DNA from: Okamejei kenojei
Lineage: Eukaryota
Reading direction: 5' to 3'
DNA length: 64,000 bases
Assembly (NCBI GenBank): GCA_035221665.1
Contig: CM069132.1
Span: 107,074,001 to 107,138,000 of the forward strand
Positions 49,364 through 62,600 of this stretch are shown here, piece by piece. Position numbers and translations under genes: made by a program. The first letter of the stretch is position 1; every line of letters begins with the position of its first letter. Under the pieces are notes generated by a model that searched no databases, had not been told where the DNA came from, and saw only the letters and a program-made list of their open reading frames with translations.

Positions 49364-51329
49364 AGTATTTGTGTGACATGCTTTTTCATTGCTTTCCGTG
49401 ATTAGTATTCAGAAACTGCACTTTACCTTTATTTGCCTTTGCAACCTATGGCAATTGTAGTATTCCATTATGAATCCATTTGAAATCGCAAAATGATCAT
49501 TGAGTTGACCTTTTTGATTTTTGATTCATGTGATAATCTGTTTATGGTTCATAAGTATGCTAATTATACATTGAAATACTATAATTCTGCATGTAATGTA
49601 GTATTTTACTTCGGAGTCACGTGAGTGACTACGTGAAGAAGCCCCGCCAGGAGCATGCGCGTCATTACGTCGACGCATGTCGCACCGGCAGGCTGGAGAG
49701 CTCAGCTCCACCAGCGGTAAGCAGTTACCCGCAGGTAAGTCACTGTTAAACCTTCCTGCGAGTGTTTTTAAACTCTGTAAGTCTGGTTCGCAGAGCCAGC
49801 TGGAGTTGCTCATATATATTGTTAAATTTTAAAACTCTGTAAGTCTGGCTCGCAGAGCCAGCTAGAGTTGGAAAAATATATTTTTAAACTGTGGTAATGG
49901 AGTGGAACGTGCGGGGACCACGGTTACCGCTTTTAGATCGGGTCGGGAGATAAGGGCTGCTCTAAAGCTGGCTCCCGCTATTACCGCTATTTAGATCGGG
50001 TTTGGAGATAACGGCTGCGCTAAATGCCGGCTCCAATACCCGCTACCGTTATACTAGGCAGGTAAAATGAAATGAAATTAAATAAAATGAAATACTAACT
50101 TTATTTCCCAACAGCCTCCATCAATTTCCAGTGCTTCAAGGCACTTAGAAATACCATGCTAAAGTACTCTTAGGCTCATTTGCCATGAATCTGATGATAT
50201 GGAAGATTCCCTCCTTTTTAATTTAAAGGTATGGGGATGGCACGACCAATGGGGGGAAAATACTCCAAATTTAAAGAGCCATGGGGGAGGGGGGGGAAAT
50301 TTCAATTAGGGTCAAATGCCCTAGGATTCCCAAACAGCCTCTCACAGAGGTCCATGCAGCAAAGAAGAAAACATTGTTATACATAGCAGTGGGAATCATC
50401 ATCCCCAGCACCTTGTTAGGGCTGAATGAGGCCTCCCTAGAGCATAACTCGGGAGAAGCAGGGCAGGAGGAATCTGACCCTGTAGCTGGTGTCACTGCTT
50501 ATGTACACGAGCCATGCTCCAGGTGTCCCGGATGTAGCGTTAAAAACTTCGCTAAACCCGGTAGGGACTGGTGAGGCTATCGAGGAAACTCTAGCCGCCA
50601 AATGTAAATTACATAGTTTCTCACCAGTTCCAGAATACGTTCATGAAGACTGCCATAAGTTATAAAACATCTGTAAACTGTGCTTCACTCAAAATGTTCA
50701 TCGTGAACTCGGCAAAGGCACAAATGAGTGCAACGATGCGGAGACAAAAAGTGAGGTTTCAACGCATCCCCAAGTTGTTGCTATTCAACAAGATATGCTG
50801 GCCTGTTCTGCAACACCTACGTTGAACCCAAAATTGCAGCTCTATGTAGGTCCACCAATATCCAAGCCAGATTATTTATTTGTGGTGGGCCTGCTCCAAC
50901 AAGCCAAGGACCTGGAGGAACATGCCAAAACAATCCGTCTCAGCAAGGCATACGTTCCTTCTGCCAGGATGTCGTCTCGCAGGTCGTTTCAGCGCGAAAG
51001 GTGACGGATCCAGGGGCAGGGCCACGCAGAGTGGGGGCAGTGGGAAGAAGGTATTCCTCACCTGTGTACCCCAGCTACAACCCCAATATGGGCAGAAGTA
51101 GTAAAGGATGACTGTAGAGGTACAGGTGATTCATTTTGTCCAGGATAAGTTCTGGGACCTCCGGTTGGGGGTAGGTTACAATTGGGTATGATGAACGGTG
51201 CTGCATAACATCTCATCAGTTTATACTACACACTGTCTCAAGCTCGAATACAGTTTATGTCAACAATTGATCCGCCTGTACACAATATGCCTAATACAGT
51301 ATTGGGGGTTTCTGCACAAACTCAGCAGG

Positions 51330-52030
51330 TAAAAGAATAAATTACGGGTTGTCCCAAAAAAGGGGAATTGAGAGGACAATAAACCATCCTCAACAATTGT
51401 GTCCAATATTTTCCCCAGACAGAGATAAAATGGGGGATGTAGAGGTATTCTGGACCTAAATCAGTTAAATTCCTATGTTTAGTACATGCATTTTAAATAG
51501 ACACCTTCAATACTGCGAAACGGCTGTTAGCACAAGGCTGTTATATAGCAACTATAAGTCTGAAAGATGCATATTATTCAGTACCAATTCATCATCAGTA
51601 TCGGAGATACTTGAAATTTAGTTGGATGGGACAGTTGCGGCAATTTAAGGCATTACCAATGAGTTAACCTCAGTTCTAGGCTAGTCAAGAAATTGTGTGA
51701 ACCAGTGCTAGAGCTACATTGGGCCCACAATTGGTAAAGGCTTATCTAGATGATATTTTAATCATAAGCAACACTCAAGAGACAGCTGAGGAATCGGTTT
51801 CATCAACCAAATACATATTAGAAAGGTTAGAGTTCCTGGTCCATCCAACTAAATCCAAGTTAGAGCCATCCTAAAAAATTGTTTATTTGGGATATGTCAG
51901 TGACTTGCCTACAGCCAAGGTTGTGGAGATCAGAGAGGTCTGTACCAGTCTTACTGGAAAACAATATCCCTCCATCCGGGAAGTAGCTACTGTTATTAGT
52001 AAATTGGTGGCAGTTTTCCCTGTAGTGCAG
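51330..52030 (+). pseudogene. DIRS reverse transcriptase remnant
   Basis: RGILDLNQLN, LKDAYYSVPIH and AYLDDILII motifs, disrupted by stops and frameshifts. Confidence 0.85.
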
Positions 52031-52723
52031 TTGGAGTGCAAGCTAGAGGTTGTGGAAAGTGCTGGGAGAGAGTCTGTTCGCAGGTAGCGTGGGGCGCGCA
52101 GTGATGCGGTTCCATCTCAGCGTTCGAGTCGGGAGCTAAGTGCGGTAATGCCGGCACTGATACCAATGGATGTTGCCCTGGTGATTGAACAGCCTCCAGC
52201 TGCTCCAGTGTCGCAGGGCACTGAGGCCACGGCAACAAGTAAATAAATAAATAAAATTATAAAATTATTAAAATAAATAAATAGATTTAATTTAAAAAAA
52301 CGAAAGTCTGTCAGACCAGTTTATCTGACGGGTCTGAGGAAGAAGAAGACTCTCCTCCAGACCGGAAAAGAATGTAGGGGAGACTGGAACAAATGGAGAA
52401 AATGCTCCAACCTTTAATCAGTCAAGGGTCCAAAGACCCAGAGATTTCCCAGGCAGCCTCCGAAGGAGTTCCATACACTGAGTATGGTGCCTATCAAGAA
52501 TGGGAATCTGACACTCCAGTGCCTTGTTTAGGTCTGGAAGAGGTCTCCCTAGAGCAAGACTCGGGAGGACCAGGGCAGGAGGGGACTGACCCTGAAGCTG
52601 GTGTCCCTACTTATGTGTATACACCAGAGCACAAGAGCCACGCTCCGGGTATTCCTGATGTAGCAATAAGTTTTGCTATACCGGAAGTGAGGCTATGGAC
52701 GAGAACCTGGCGGCCAACATTAA

Positions 52724-53344
52724 TTGGTTTCTCACCAGCTCCAAGAAACTGTTATGACTGAAACAGCTGAAATATATAAAACAACCGTCAATTGTGCCTC
52801 GCTCAGGGTGCCAACAGTAAAATCTGCAATTTGGGCACCCATGAGTGCAACGATGCGAGGGCAGGAAATGCGTTTCCAGCATGTCCTCAAGCTGATATCA
52901 GCAGGCATCACTGTATTTGGGAAACACATACAAGGGTCGACAATGTCCAAAACTCAAAAGGACATGCTTGCGTTGGTCTGCAATGCCTATTTCGAACTTA
53001 ATTGTATGAGGAAAATTGCCATTCGGCCAACATTGCACCCAAAATTTGCAGGACTGTGTAGGGCAAGCAACATTCAAGCACCGGATTACTTGTTCGGCGA
53101 CGACCTCATCAAGCAAATTAGGGACATTGACGATGAGGCAAAGACAATTGGGCTTATGAAGCCATTCATCCCTGCTCCCAGGATGTCATCTAAACAGTTA
53201 GGTTCGATGCGCAGGGGGTCAGATCACGGGGCAGGGCCAAACAGAGGAAGGCCGATGGGGCAAAAATATTACCCACCAGTGCAGCCCAACAACAACCCAA
53301 TATTGGGAGGTAGGCCAAATCCTCGGGACCGCAAGATGGTCTAA
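52724..53344 (+). pseudogene. DIRS gag-like ORF remnant (second copy)
   Basis: NCASLRVPTVKSAIW...RKIAIRPTLHPKFAGLC...YLFGDDLIKQIRDI; paralogous to about 50420-51100. Confidence 0.7.
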
Positions 53345-54355
53345 GGAATCGACGTTTCTACGTTTTATGATAAACTTGTTCTTACAGGACCAAGGTTTGG
53401 ACATGCTGTGTTGGGTCCTGTACAGGGTTTAAAGCATACCCTGTTGACCAAAGGTTAAGTGTAGTTAAGCACCTGGGTCAATATATCAAGGTAAATTAGA
53501 GTCTCAGAGGCTCTTAGACAGCAATGCTCATCAGTCACCAAAAAAAACAAAAAAACTTCATAAAACGTGTCAGTATAAACTATTTCTAGATGGTAAAACA
53601 GGTTTTGGATTCTGCTGGAGTAGACACTCATGTATTTAAATCTTACTCCACCAGGGCGGCATCAACATCCGCAGCAAGGCCGCAGGATGGTCTAAGGAAT
53701 CAACTTTCTAAAATTATGTTAAACCTGTCCTGACAGTGCCAGGGTTTGGGCATGCTGTTTTGATTTCTGTTTGATTTGATTTGCTTTGTCATTATAACTT
53801 TCATTTGTGATTTCCCCTGGGATAGAGGGGTTATTACTGTATTCTTATTTAAAAAATGATTATTGGATAATTCGAAGCAATGTTCAATACATTATTTATT
53901 CACTACTGTGTCAACTGAAGCAGTGTGTCGTATGGAGTGCATCTACGGCATGAAATCAAAGAGTTTTGAAATCTTCACGTAGTCACTCACGTGACTCCGA
54001 AGTAAAATAGTAAGATTAAACGAGAACTTACCAGTTCGAAGTTTGATCCTTATTTTATGAGGAGTTACGATGAGGGATTACCTGCCCTCCGCTCCCGGCC
54101 CTCATAATCGAAAGGATCATCTGGTAGTTCTAGTCTTCTCAAAGCCTTACTATTTTACCTCGGCTATCGGTTTCTGTGTTTTCACACCGCTGCTTTGAAG
54201 TATGGCGCGCATGCGCCTGGCAGGGCTTCTTCACGTAATCCCTCATAAAATAAGGATCAAACTTCGAACTGGTAAGTTCTCATTTAATCTTACTATTTTA
54301 TACTGCTGTGCTCGCTCTTGGTTTGACAAAACTTCAGCCTCAGTTCAGAGGTTAA

Positions 54356-54855
54356 GGGGCTGTCCCACTGTGGCGACACAATTGGTTAGTTTAGAAGAGT
54401 TTAGGAGAGTTTGAAAAAAATGTCATGTTGAAGACCTCCTTCGACTATGTAGAAGACTATCTTCGTCTAGCTTCGGGAAAATTGGACACCGAATAGTGGA
54501 GAATGAAGACGACGTCCTTTCGACTATGTTGAAGACTATCTACGACTACTTTCGATTATCTTCGATTACCTTCGACTACCCTCGATTACCTACGAATAAC
54601 ATGCCGACCTACTACGACCTACTTCGACTAAACCTACGAGTAAATAAAGTTGCGATTTTTTTTCCATGGCATTTTTCAGCATTTTGAAATATACGCCGTG
54701 ACCTAGCTGAGGCCTTGAGTATGCGGGAACTACTCTCGAACATGAAGGAGAGTTACAAAGACCTCCTAGGACCTCGGGTTGACCATGCTGTGAGTATGAA
54801 TCGAGGGCAAACTCTTCTGAACTCACGGATTAGGTCTCCGCAGTGGGACAGCCCC
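54356..54855. mobile_element. PIF/Harbinger-like MITE, complete, 500 bp
   Basis: TIRs ggggctgtcccactg / cagtgggacagcccc; preceded by TAA; internal ttcgacta/ctacgac repeats. Confidence 0.8.
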
Positions 54856-55127
54856 GTTGCATGCTCACCTCTTTGTCCAAAGAGTGCACTGAAATCTCAT
54901 TCCAGCAATATAAATGTTTAAGTACATTGTGTGGCGTCAGTGCAAAAGCTGTCTACATCTTAGGTTGTTGAAGAAGACCATGTGGGAACATTGTTCTTCT
55001 TTTGTTTCATTGTTTTTGTGTAGTTCTCTTCATTTGTAACCATCACAACTTCAAAGAGAAAGTCAGAAATGAAGCATATTTTTGTGGTTTCAGAGAGGTT
55101 TTGTGGTTTAGGAAGAGAATTCAATAC

Positions 55128-55436
55128 GGGTGGTGGTACAGTGGTACAGCGGTAGAGTTGCTGCCTTCCAGCACCAGAGTCACGGGTTCGATCCTGACTA
55201 CGGGTGCTGTTTGTATGGAGTTTGTACATTCTCCCGGTGACCACGTGGATTTTCTCTGGGTGCTCTAGTTTCCTCCCACACTCCAAAGATGTACAGGGTT
55301 GTAGGTTACTTCACGTCTATAAAGTTTAAATTGCCCCTAGTGTGTAAAATGGTGCTCGTGTACATGGTGATCTCTGGTTGGCGTGGACTCAGTGAGCCAA
55401 AGGGCCTGTTTTCGCACTGCATCTCTGAAGTCTAAA
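55128..55436 (+). mobile_element. tRNA-derived V-SINE (HE1-like)
   Basis: A-box-like tggtacagcgg, B-box ggttcgatcc, V-domain tggagtttgtacattctccc...tttcctcccacactccaaaga, 3' agggcctgtt tail. Confidence 0.8.
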
Positions 55437-55809
55437 TAAAGAATGGAATTTTCATTATGATGCATAGGGGCTAAATATCAATTGGAAATGTATGCAACTG
55501 GGAGAATTTAATGATGGTTTTATTATCATTGGCTATAAAGCATTATTTTACGATAACTCTGTGTGCCACTATTGTGCAAATGAGGGAATAGCATTATAAT
55601 TCAGTTGATTAGCTTGGAGGATCTACATGCAGTTGAGAAACCTATATACATAATACTTCTGTTGTTGATTCGGACTCGCAGAGTAAATGTCCAATTTGAA
55701 ATTTAAAAAAAAGAATAATAATTACTGCCAAAGTTATGAAATGACAAAAATATCAGATTCTTGTGCATTAGCTGTCTGTATTTGCGTGTTATTTTATTGC
55801 TTTCGATTT

Positions 55810-56582
55810 AGGTGTCGCACTTTGAAAGTCGATTGTACGTGGAAAATATACAATTAATGGCAAGATTTTTAACAACAATGATGTACAGAAGAATCTTGGG
55901 GTCCAAGACCATAATTCCCTGCAAGTGGCAGCATAAGTAGAGTGGTAAAGAAGACATGTGCTGTGCGTGCCGTCATTGGTCGGGGCATTGAGCATAAGTG
56001 TCAGAGAGTCATGATGCAGCTTTATAGGATTTTGATTAGGCTGTATATTGAGTATTGTGGGCAGTTCAAATTGACCCAATACAGGAAAGATATGGTGGCT
56101 TTTCGAAGGGTGCGGAGGAGGTTTACCAGAATGATGTCTGGATTAGAAGGTACAGGGAGAGGTTGGACAGACTTTGATTGTTTTCTCTGGAATGCCTGAG
56201 GTTGTGAGGTGACCTGATAGAAGTATGTAAAATTATGAGGGGCATTGATAGGGTAAACAGTCAGAACCTATTACCCAGGATGGAAATATCAAATAGTAGA
56301 AGGCACAGCTTTAAGGTGACAGTGGCAAAGTTTGAAGGGGATGTGCAACAAAATCTTTAGTGATGAGTGCCCGGAACGTTCTTCCAGGGGTGGCGGTGGT
56401 GGAGACAGAAATGATAGCAGCATTTAAGAGGCTTTTGGATAGGTACATGGATATATCGGGAATGGAAAGATATGAATTATTCCCAGGCAGATAATATTTG
56501 GTCTTGGCATCATGATCAGCAGAGGCATTGTGGACCAAAGGGCCTGTTCCTGTGCTGCGCTGTTCAATGTTCTATGTTCTAT
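55810..56582 (+). mobile_element. Older CR1 LINE 3' part
   Basis: MMQLYRILIRLYIEYCGQF...RRFTRMMSGLE; tgttctatgttctat tail. Confidence 0.8.
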
Positions 56583-57544
56583 TTAACCTATTTAGACAGT
56601 CCCTCGGAATCAAGCAAGTCTTGTTTTCACTATGGTTGTTATGATTCTAGGTATACTGAATAGACCAATGTGGATTTTGCAGGCGTTATCACAGTAAGTG
56701 CTTACTGTGACAGAGCTCAGAGTATACTTTTTTGGGAAGCAGCTATCTGGCATGCAAATAATGAGCTTGCCCAGTAGAACCAACAGAGTGTAGTTGTGGC
56801 CTTGATGCTGAGGATGTCAGTTTGGAAAAGGATGCTGTCCTTCACTTGCTTATCCTTCCAGTTAAGAGGACTTTGTAGAAGCAACATTGGCACTTTTCCA
56901 TGTCTTGTGTTGCCTGGTGTAGGTAGTCCATGTCTCAGAACTATGTAGAATGGCAGGGGTCAGTGCAGCCCAAGAGTCCTAATATATTCATTTTTCATCT
57001 CTGGGTCTCTTCCCTTGAGTATCCCACCATCCTCCTGCTCTGTCCTCTTCCAACCTTCCCACAAAAATACTCTTTCTCAACCCTTGCATTTCGCTCTCTC
57101 TCTGACACATCTTTCTACACTCCTGTTTCAGCCCCAGCTTCTGATTGCACACTTGACCCCATTCACGCAACACCCCTGGCTTTGTTCTCACTGCACTGCT
57201 TCTGAACACCAGTCCCCATTGCAATCACGTGAAAGAAGAGCATCCATACCCATTCTGTATTACTCTATGGCCACATGCTCTGTCCAAATGCCTGACCATT
57301 CTTGGCCTTGGTGTTTCTGTGATCCTTGACCTGTTCTTCCCTCTGCTCTTGCCTGCTTTTCCATCCCCCTTTTCCAATGCAATATGTCCCAATATGTTAT
57401 AACATATGAGCAGGATTTGAGGATTAGGATTAATGTGGAGGGAGACAACTTCTTTGACAGAGTGGATGTCTTGGGCAAAAGCTGGTGAGCGAGGCTGGCT
57501 ATATCTAGCTGCCTTAGAACTTTAGAGAAGGCCATTGCAATGAT

Positions 57545-57637
57545 GGACACAAAATTCTTGAGTAACTCAGTGGGTCAGGTAACATCTCTGGTGAAAAAGG
57601 ATGGGTGATGTTTCTAGTCAGGACCCTTCTTCAGACC
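57545..57637 (-). mobile_element. PLE-LTR fragment with degenerate hammerhead core
   Basis: ggacacaaaa...gagtaactcagtgggtcagg...ggtgatgtttctagtcaggacccttcttcagac. Confidence 0.7.
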
Positions 57638-57734
57638 ATGATTGGCCATTGTAAATTTGGTGAACATAATTAAGTATCAGGCACACACCCATCAATAAAC
57701 AAGGTGGTGCCTGAAACGTGGCGACTCTTGTGTA

Positions 57735-58610
57735 TCAATCAATCAATCAATCAATCAATCAGATTTATTCATCACATACACAATAAAGTGCAGTGAAATG
57801 ACTTGCCATCAGCAGTACAATCACGATAAAAATGTAACACACACATCCACAACGGCATTCTTCACTGTGGTGGAAGGCACAAAGTACAGTCAGCCCTCCG
57901 CCATTTTTCCCCCGTGGTCGGGGCCATAAACCTCCGCAGTCGCCGCTGCGGGCAGCCAGATGTACAGGCCCTCTCGTCTGGAAGGTAAGTCCCGAATCGG
58001 TGCTTCCGTACCGGTGACCGCGGCTTCAGGATGTTGTAGGCCGCAGTTCGGCGGTCGGAGCTCCGGGATTCCCTGCGAGGGATCCAGCTCCGGATGGTAA
58101 GTCCACACTGTGTCCGCAGCTAGAAGCTCCGCAGACTGCGGCTTCAAGATGTTTTAGGCCGCGGACCGGTGGTCGGAGCTCTTCTCCGGGGATCCCCAAT
58201 GAGGGATCCCAGGCTCCGGACAGCTAGGAGCTCCGCAGACCGCGGCTTCAGGCTGTAACAGTCCGCGGGCCCATGATCGGAGCACTACCTTCTGGCGACC
58301 CCATTAAGGGCTCGCCCACTCCGCGATTAAATGTCCGCGCTGCACCCGCTGCTGAAGCTCCGGCACTGACTCCGGGAAAGGCCGCACCAATCCATGGTGT
58401 TAGGCCTCGCGGGAGGCAACATGGAAAAAGTCGCCACTCCATGGAGGAGGTGACCAAAAGTGGTTCCCCCCATTAGCCCCCCTCACCACCCGCCACACAA
58501 GACACACCGAGAGACATTGAAACACATATTTGGACACACTAAAAAAAACAAAAAAAAGTAGAAATGACGAACACGCTGCTGGCAGGGCAGCCGTCTCGCA
58601 GTGCCCCCAC
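57735..58610 (-). mobile_element. Non-coding GC-rich retro-element with (TTGA)n tail and internal tandem repeats
   Basis: (tcaa)n at 57735-57760 next to tttatt; Rex1-like 3' sequence (cacaataaagtgcagtgaaatga); three gcggcttca(g/a)g units about 110-120 bp apart; no RT. Confidence 0.55.
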
Positions 58611-58945
58611 TGTATTGACTTAGTGTGGCCGACTGTCTTATACTCTTGTCCTTAGTATGATTGTTCCTGAAATGCCTGGTATGGTCGGATTGTCACTGAA
58701 CGAGATGCAAAAAAAAAAAGTTTCATGGTACTTGGGTACATGTGCCAATAAAGTACCATCGATCCATTCAACATTTCTAATGAAATCAGGAAACTGGGCA
58801 CAAATTAATCTTGAAATTATGCTATTTATTTGACTTGAAATTGATTCTGTTCTCTGTCTTTTCCTGTTTTAATATTTTTGCAGGCAGTAGTCAATGTTAA
58901 ATTTGAGTGTAAACCTGGTGCAGTTTTATTAGTATGCTGGCATAT

Positions 58946-59609
58946 CAATAGACAATAGGTGCAGGAGTAGGCCATTTGGTTCTTCGAGCCAGCACTGCCA
59001 TTCAATGTGATCATGGCTGATCATCCCAATCAGTACCCCATTCCTGTCTTTTCCCCATATCCCCTGACTCTGCTATCTTTAAGAGCCCTATCTTGCTATC
59101 TCTTGAATGTATCCTGAGAACCGGCCTCCACCGCCCTCTGAGGCAGGGAATTCCACAGACTCACAATTCTCTGAGAAAAAGTGTTTCCTCGACTCATCCC
59201 TTATTCTTAAACTGTGGCCCCTGGTTCTGGACTCCCCCAACATCGAGAACATGTTTCCTGCCTCTAGCGTGTCCAAACACTTAACAATCTTATATGTTGC
59301 AATAAGATCCCCTCTCATCCTTCTAAATCCAGAATATACAAGCCCAGCCGCTCCATTCTCTCAGCATATTACAGTCCTGCCAACCTGGGAATTAACCTTG
59401 TGAATCTACGCAGCACTCCTTCAAAAGCAAGAATGTCCTTCCTCAAATTAGGGGACCAAAACTGCACACAATACTCCAGCTGTGATCTCACAAGGGACTT
59501 GTACAACTGCAGAAGGACCTCTTTGCTCCTATACTCAAATCTTCTTGTTATGAAGGCCAACATGCCATTCGCTTTCTTCACTGCCCTCTGTACCTGCATG
59601 CTTACTTTC
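58946..59609 (-). mobile_element. CR1 LINE 3' fragment interrupted by L1
   Basis: KANGMLAFITRRFEYRSKEVLLQLYKSLVRSQLEYCVQFWSP; ends abruptly at the L1 poly(A). Confidence 0.92.
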
Positions 59610-62600
59610 TTTTTTTTTCACTTTAGTTTTTATTGCTTTCATATATACACAAATAAAACACAAATATAACAACGAAACATACAACAATACGGTGAAACGT
59701 ACAACTGTGTAGCGGGGGGTTCAGTTTACAATTAATGATGCAGTATACAGAACTATTTTCTTATTAAAACATTTTCCAATAACTTACATTATTGTCAATA
59801 AAATTATAGTGTTGATGTCTTTATTTCTACACCTAATCCGTTTTTCCCATTTTCTGTTAAACTCATCTTCTTTCATTCTTAGAGAATATGTCATTTTCTC
59901 CATGACAAATATTTCCTGTACTATGTCTAACCATTGTCTAAGTCTGGGTGTGTCCGCTGCAAGCCAGTTTCTTGTAATGGCCTTTCTGCCAGCTGTGAGT
60001 AGGATTTTAACCAAGTAATGGTCTTTCTTCAGCACCACTATTTATATTACCCAGGTATAAAATGGAACACTTCTTGGAGACTATATATCCTAATACCGCC
60101 GTCAATTCTGAATTCACTCTGTCCCAAAATGTTTTTTTTTTTTGGGCAACTCCAGAAGATATGTACATGATTTGCGTCTGTTTGGCCACATTGCCTCCAG
60201 CATGTTCGCTGCCTTAGAATTTGCTTGCTTTTTATGTTAGGCGTGATAAAGAAACTAATCAAATTTTTCCAATTAAATTCTCTCCAATTTTGTGAATTAG
60301 TGGATGTCTGTAGTGTTACACACATATGATGCCATTCTTCTTCTGAGATTGTAATGTTCAATTCCTTTTCCCACTTAAATTTTACATAAAATGTAGTTTT
60401 AGCTTGACATTCCATTAAACTATGATAAAGTTTAGAAATAATCCTTAATGTTTTTTGATGATACACATTAACTATCACTTCTATCACTGGATTGTTTTCT
60501 TCTAGTGCCTCTCTTTTTGCCTTTTTATTGTAATAATCTCTCGGAGGTATCTAAACAAGTCTTGATTCCGAAGTGCAAATCTATCCTTCAAATCTTGAAA
60601 ACTTCTTAGGTCTCCATTTTCAATAGCAGTACAAAATGCAGTCATTCCTTTCTTCATCCACTCTTTAAATGTTGAGTCATACATCCCTGGTTTAAATTCA
60701 TTATCCAAAGCTATCCATCTTAAAATTTGTTATCGTTTATTCAGTTTAAGTTGTCTGGTAAGAGTGAACCAGGTTTCTAAAGTAAATATCGTTATTGGAT
60801 CGATTATACTCCTGATATGTCCAGGAAGCGCTTTTTCTCCCAAAAGTGTTCGGATGTGGAAGTCAGGGATATATATCTCAATCTCTTTCCACCTAGCTAT
60901 ATAGCTATCCTCACACCAATTAATTAGTGGTCGTAGTTGAGCTGCATAGAAATATATCCTAAAATTTGGAAGTGCCATTCCACCTTTGTCCTTTGGCAAC
61001 TGGAGTGTAGTTTATCGAATTCTGGCCTTCTTTCCTCCCCAAATAAATCTAGACATTAATTTATCCCATTCCGTGAATTGTTTTAATGGTACCTCTATTG
61101 GCAGAGATTGAAACAAGTACAATAGCCTTGGCAAAATATTCATTTTCACCACATTTATTTTACTACTAAAATCCATTGGGTAGGTGGACCATCTTTCTAT
61201 ATCCTTTCTTATGTTTTGGTTGATGTGATTATAATTGGCCCCATACAACATTGATATATTTTTTTGGTATATGTACCCCTAGATATTTGATTGATTTTGA
61301 ATCCCATTTAATATTTTGAATCCCATTTAATATTATAATTTTGTTTGATTTCTTCTGGAGGAGGACAATTAAATAGGAGGATTTGAGTTTTTGAAATATT
61401 CACTTTATATCCTGCATAAAAATTAAATTTATCTATGATCCCCATCATCCTTGGAAATGAGGTGTTTACTTCCGTGAGATACATCATTACATCATCTGCA
61501 AAAAGGCCTATTTATGTTCTCTGTCTCTTATAGTTACTCCCGTCAGTTCCCTATCTTGACGAATCACTTGAGCCAATGGTTCAATATATATAGCAAACAG
61601 GGTAGGGCTAAGACAACATCCCTGTCTCGTTCCTCTTCCTAACACAAATCTCTCAGTTTAGGACCCATTCACCTTTACTCTTGCAGTAGGTTGCTGGTAA
61701 ATTGCTTTAATAACTTGAATTGAATCTTCAGTAAAGCCAGATCTTTCTAGAGTTTGATATAAGAATTCCCAATTGACCCTGTCAAAAGCCTTTTCCGCGT
61801 GTAGGCTTATCAGGACAGCACGTATACTTTCCTTTTGATTCTTGTGTATTATATGTAGGGTTCTTCTAATACTGTCCTGTGTTTGTCTGCCTATTATAAA
61901 ACCAGTCTGGTCTCCATCAATTAAATCTGGCATGAACTTTTCAAATCGTTTGTAGATAATTTAAGAATATAATTTATAGTGCACATTTAGAATTGATATC
62001 GGTCTGTAGTTGGTACAATTTTCCTTGTCTTTGTTCTCTTTGGAGATTAATGTTATAATTGCCTCCTTCCATGATGGGGTGTCTTGCCTTCTTTGATAAT
62101 CCAGTTAAAGGTTCTCCGAAGAAGTGGGTTCAGCTCATTCCGAAATAATTTATACCTTTCTATAGGGAAACCGTCGCTGTCTGGGGCCTTGTCTGATTTC
62201 ATCCTACCAATTGTCTACTCTATCTCCTCCAGTGATATTTCTGCTGTGATTATTTTATTTTGTGTCTCTCCAATACAGGGCATATCTATTGTACTTAAAA
62301 AAAGTCCTCATTGATTCCCCATCTACTGTAGAGGTTTGTGTATATAATTCTTTATAATATTCCTGGAATATATATTCCTATTTCTTTTGGATCACTCTTC
62401 TAATTCTGTGTACAGGGGGTCCTTAATTTTGTGTATGGTGTTGTCAGCTTGTTGTTTGCGTAGCCTTCAGGCAAGTATTTTAGTGGATTTAGGGCCAAGC
62501 TCATAATGTGCCTGTTTTACAAATCTTGCTTTTTTCTCCACCTCTTGACCCCAATATTCCATCCATATTGTCCCCTCAAATCGTCTATTTGCTTATAAGT

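Larger units (their letters stand above)
49602..54299 (+). mobile_element. DIRS1-type tyrosine-recombinase retrotransposon, rearranged
   Basis: Left ITR about 49602-49665; ICR 53972-54062 complementary to both outer ends; right ITR about 54202-54299; RT remnants DAYYSVPIHHQYRRYLKFSWMG and YLDDILI; YR remnant VLDSAGVDTHVFKSYSTRAASTS then GWSKESTF. Confidence 0.9.

Noticed and set aside
54430-54640. CRISPR-like short repeat array (ttcgacta/ctacgac)
   Set aside because: Irregular degenerate subrepeats inside a TIR-bounded MITE, with no unique spacers or cas genes, in a vertebrate context
55128-55210. tRNA gene
   Set aside because: A/B boxes are present but run into a V-SINE body; no complete cloverleaf
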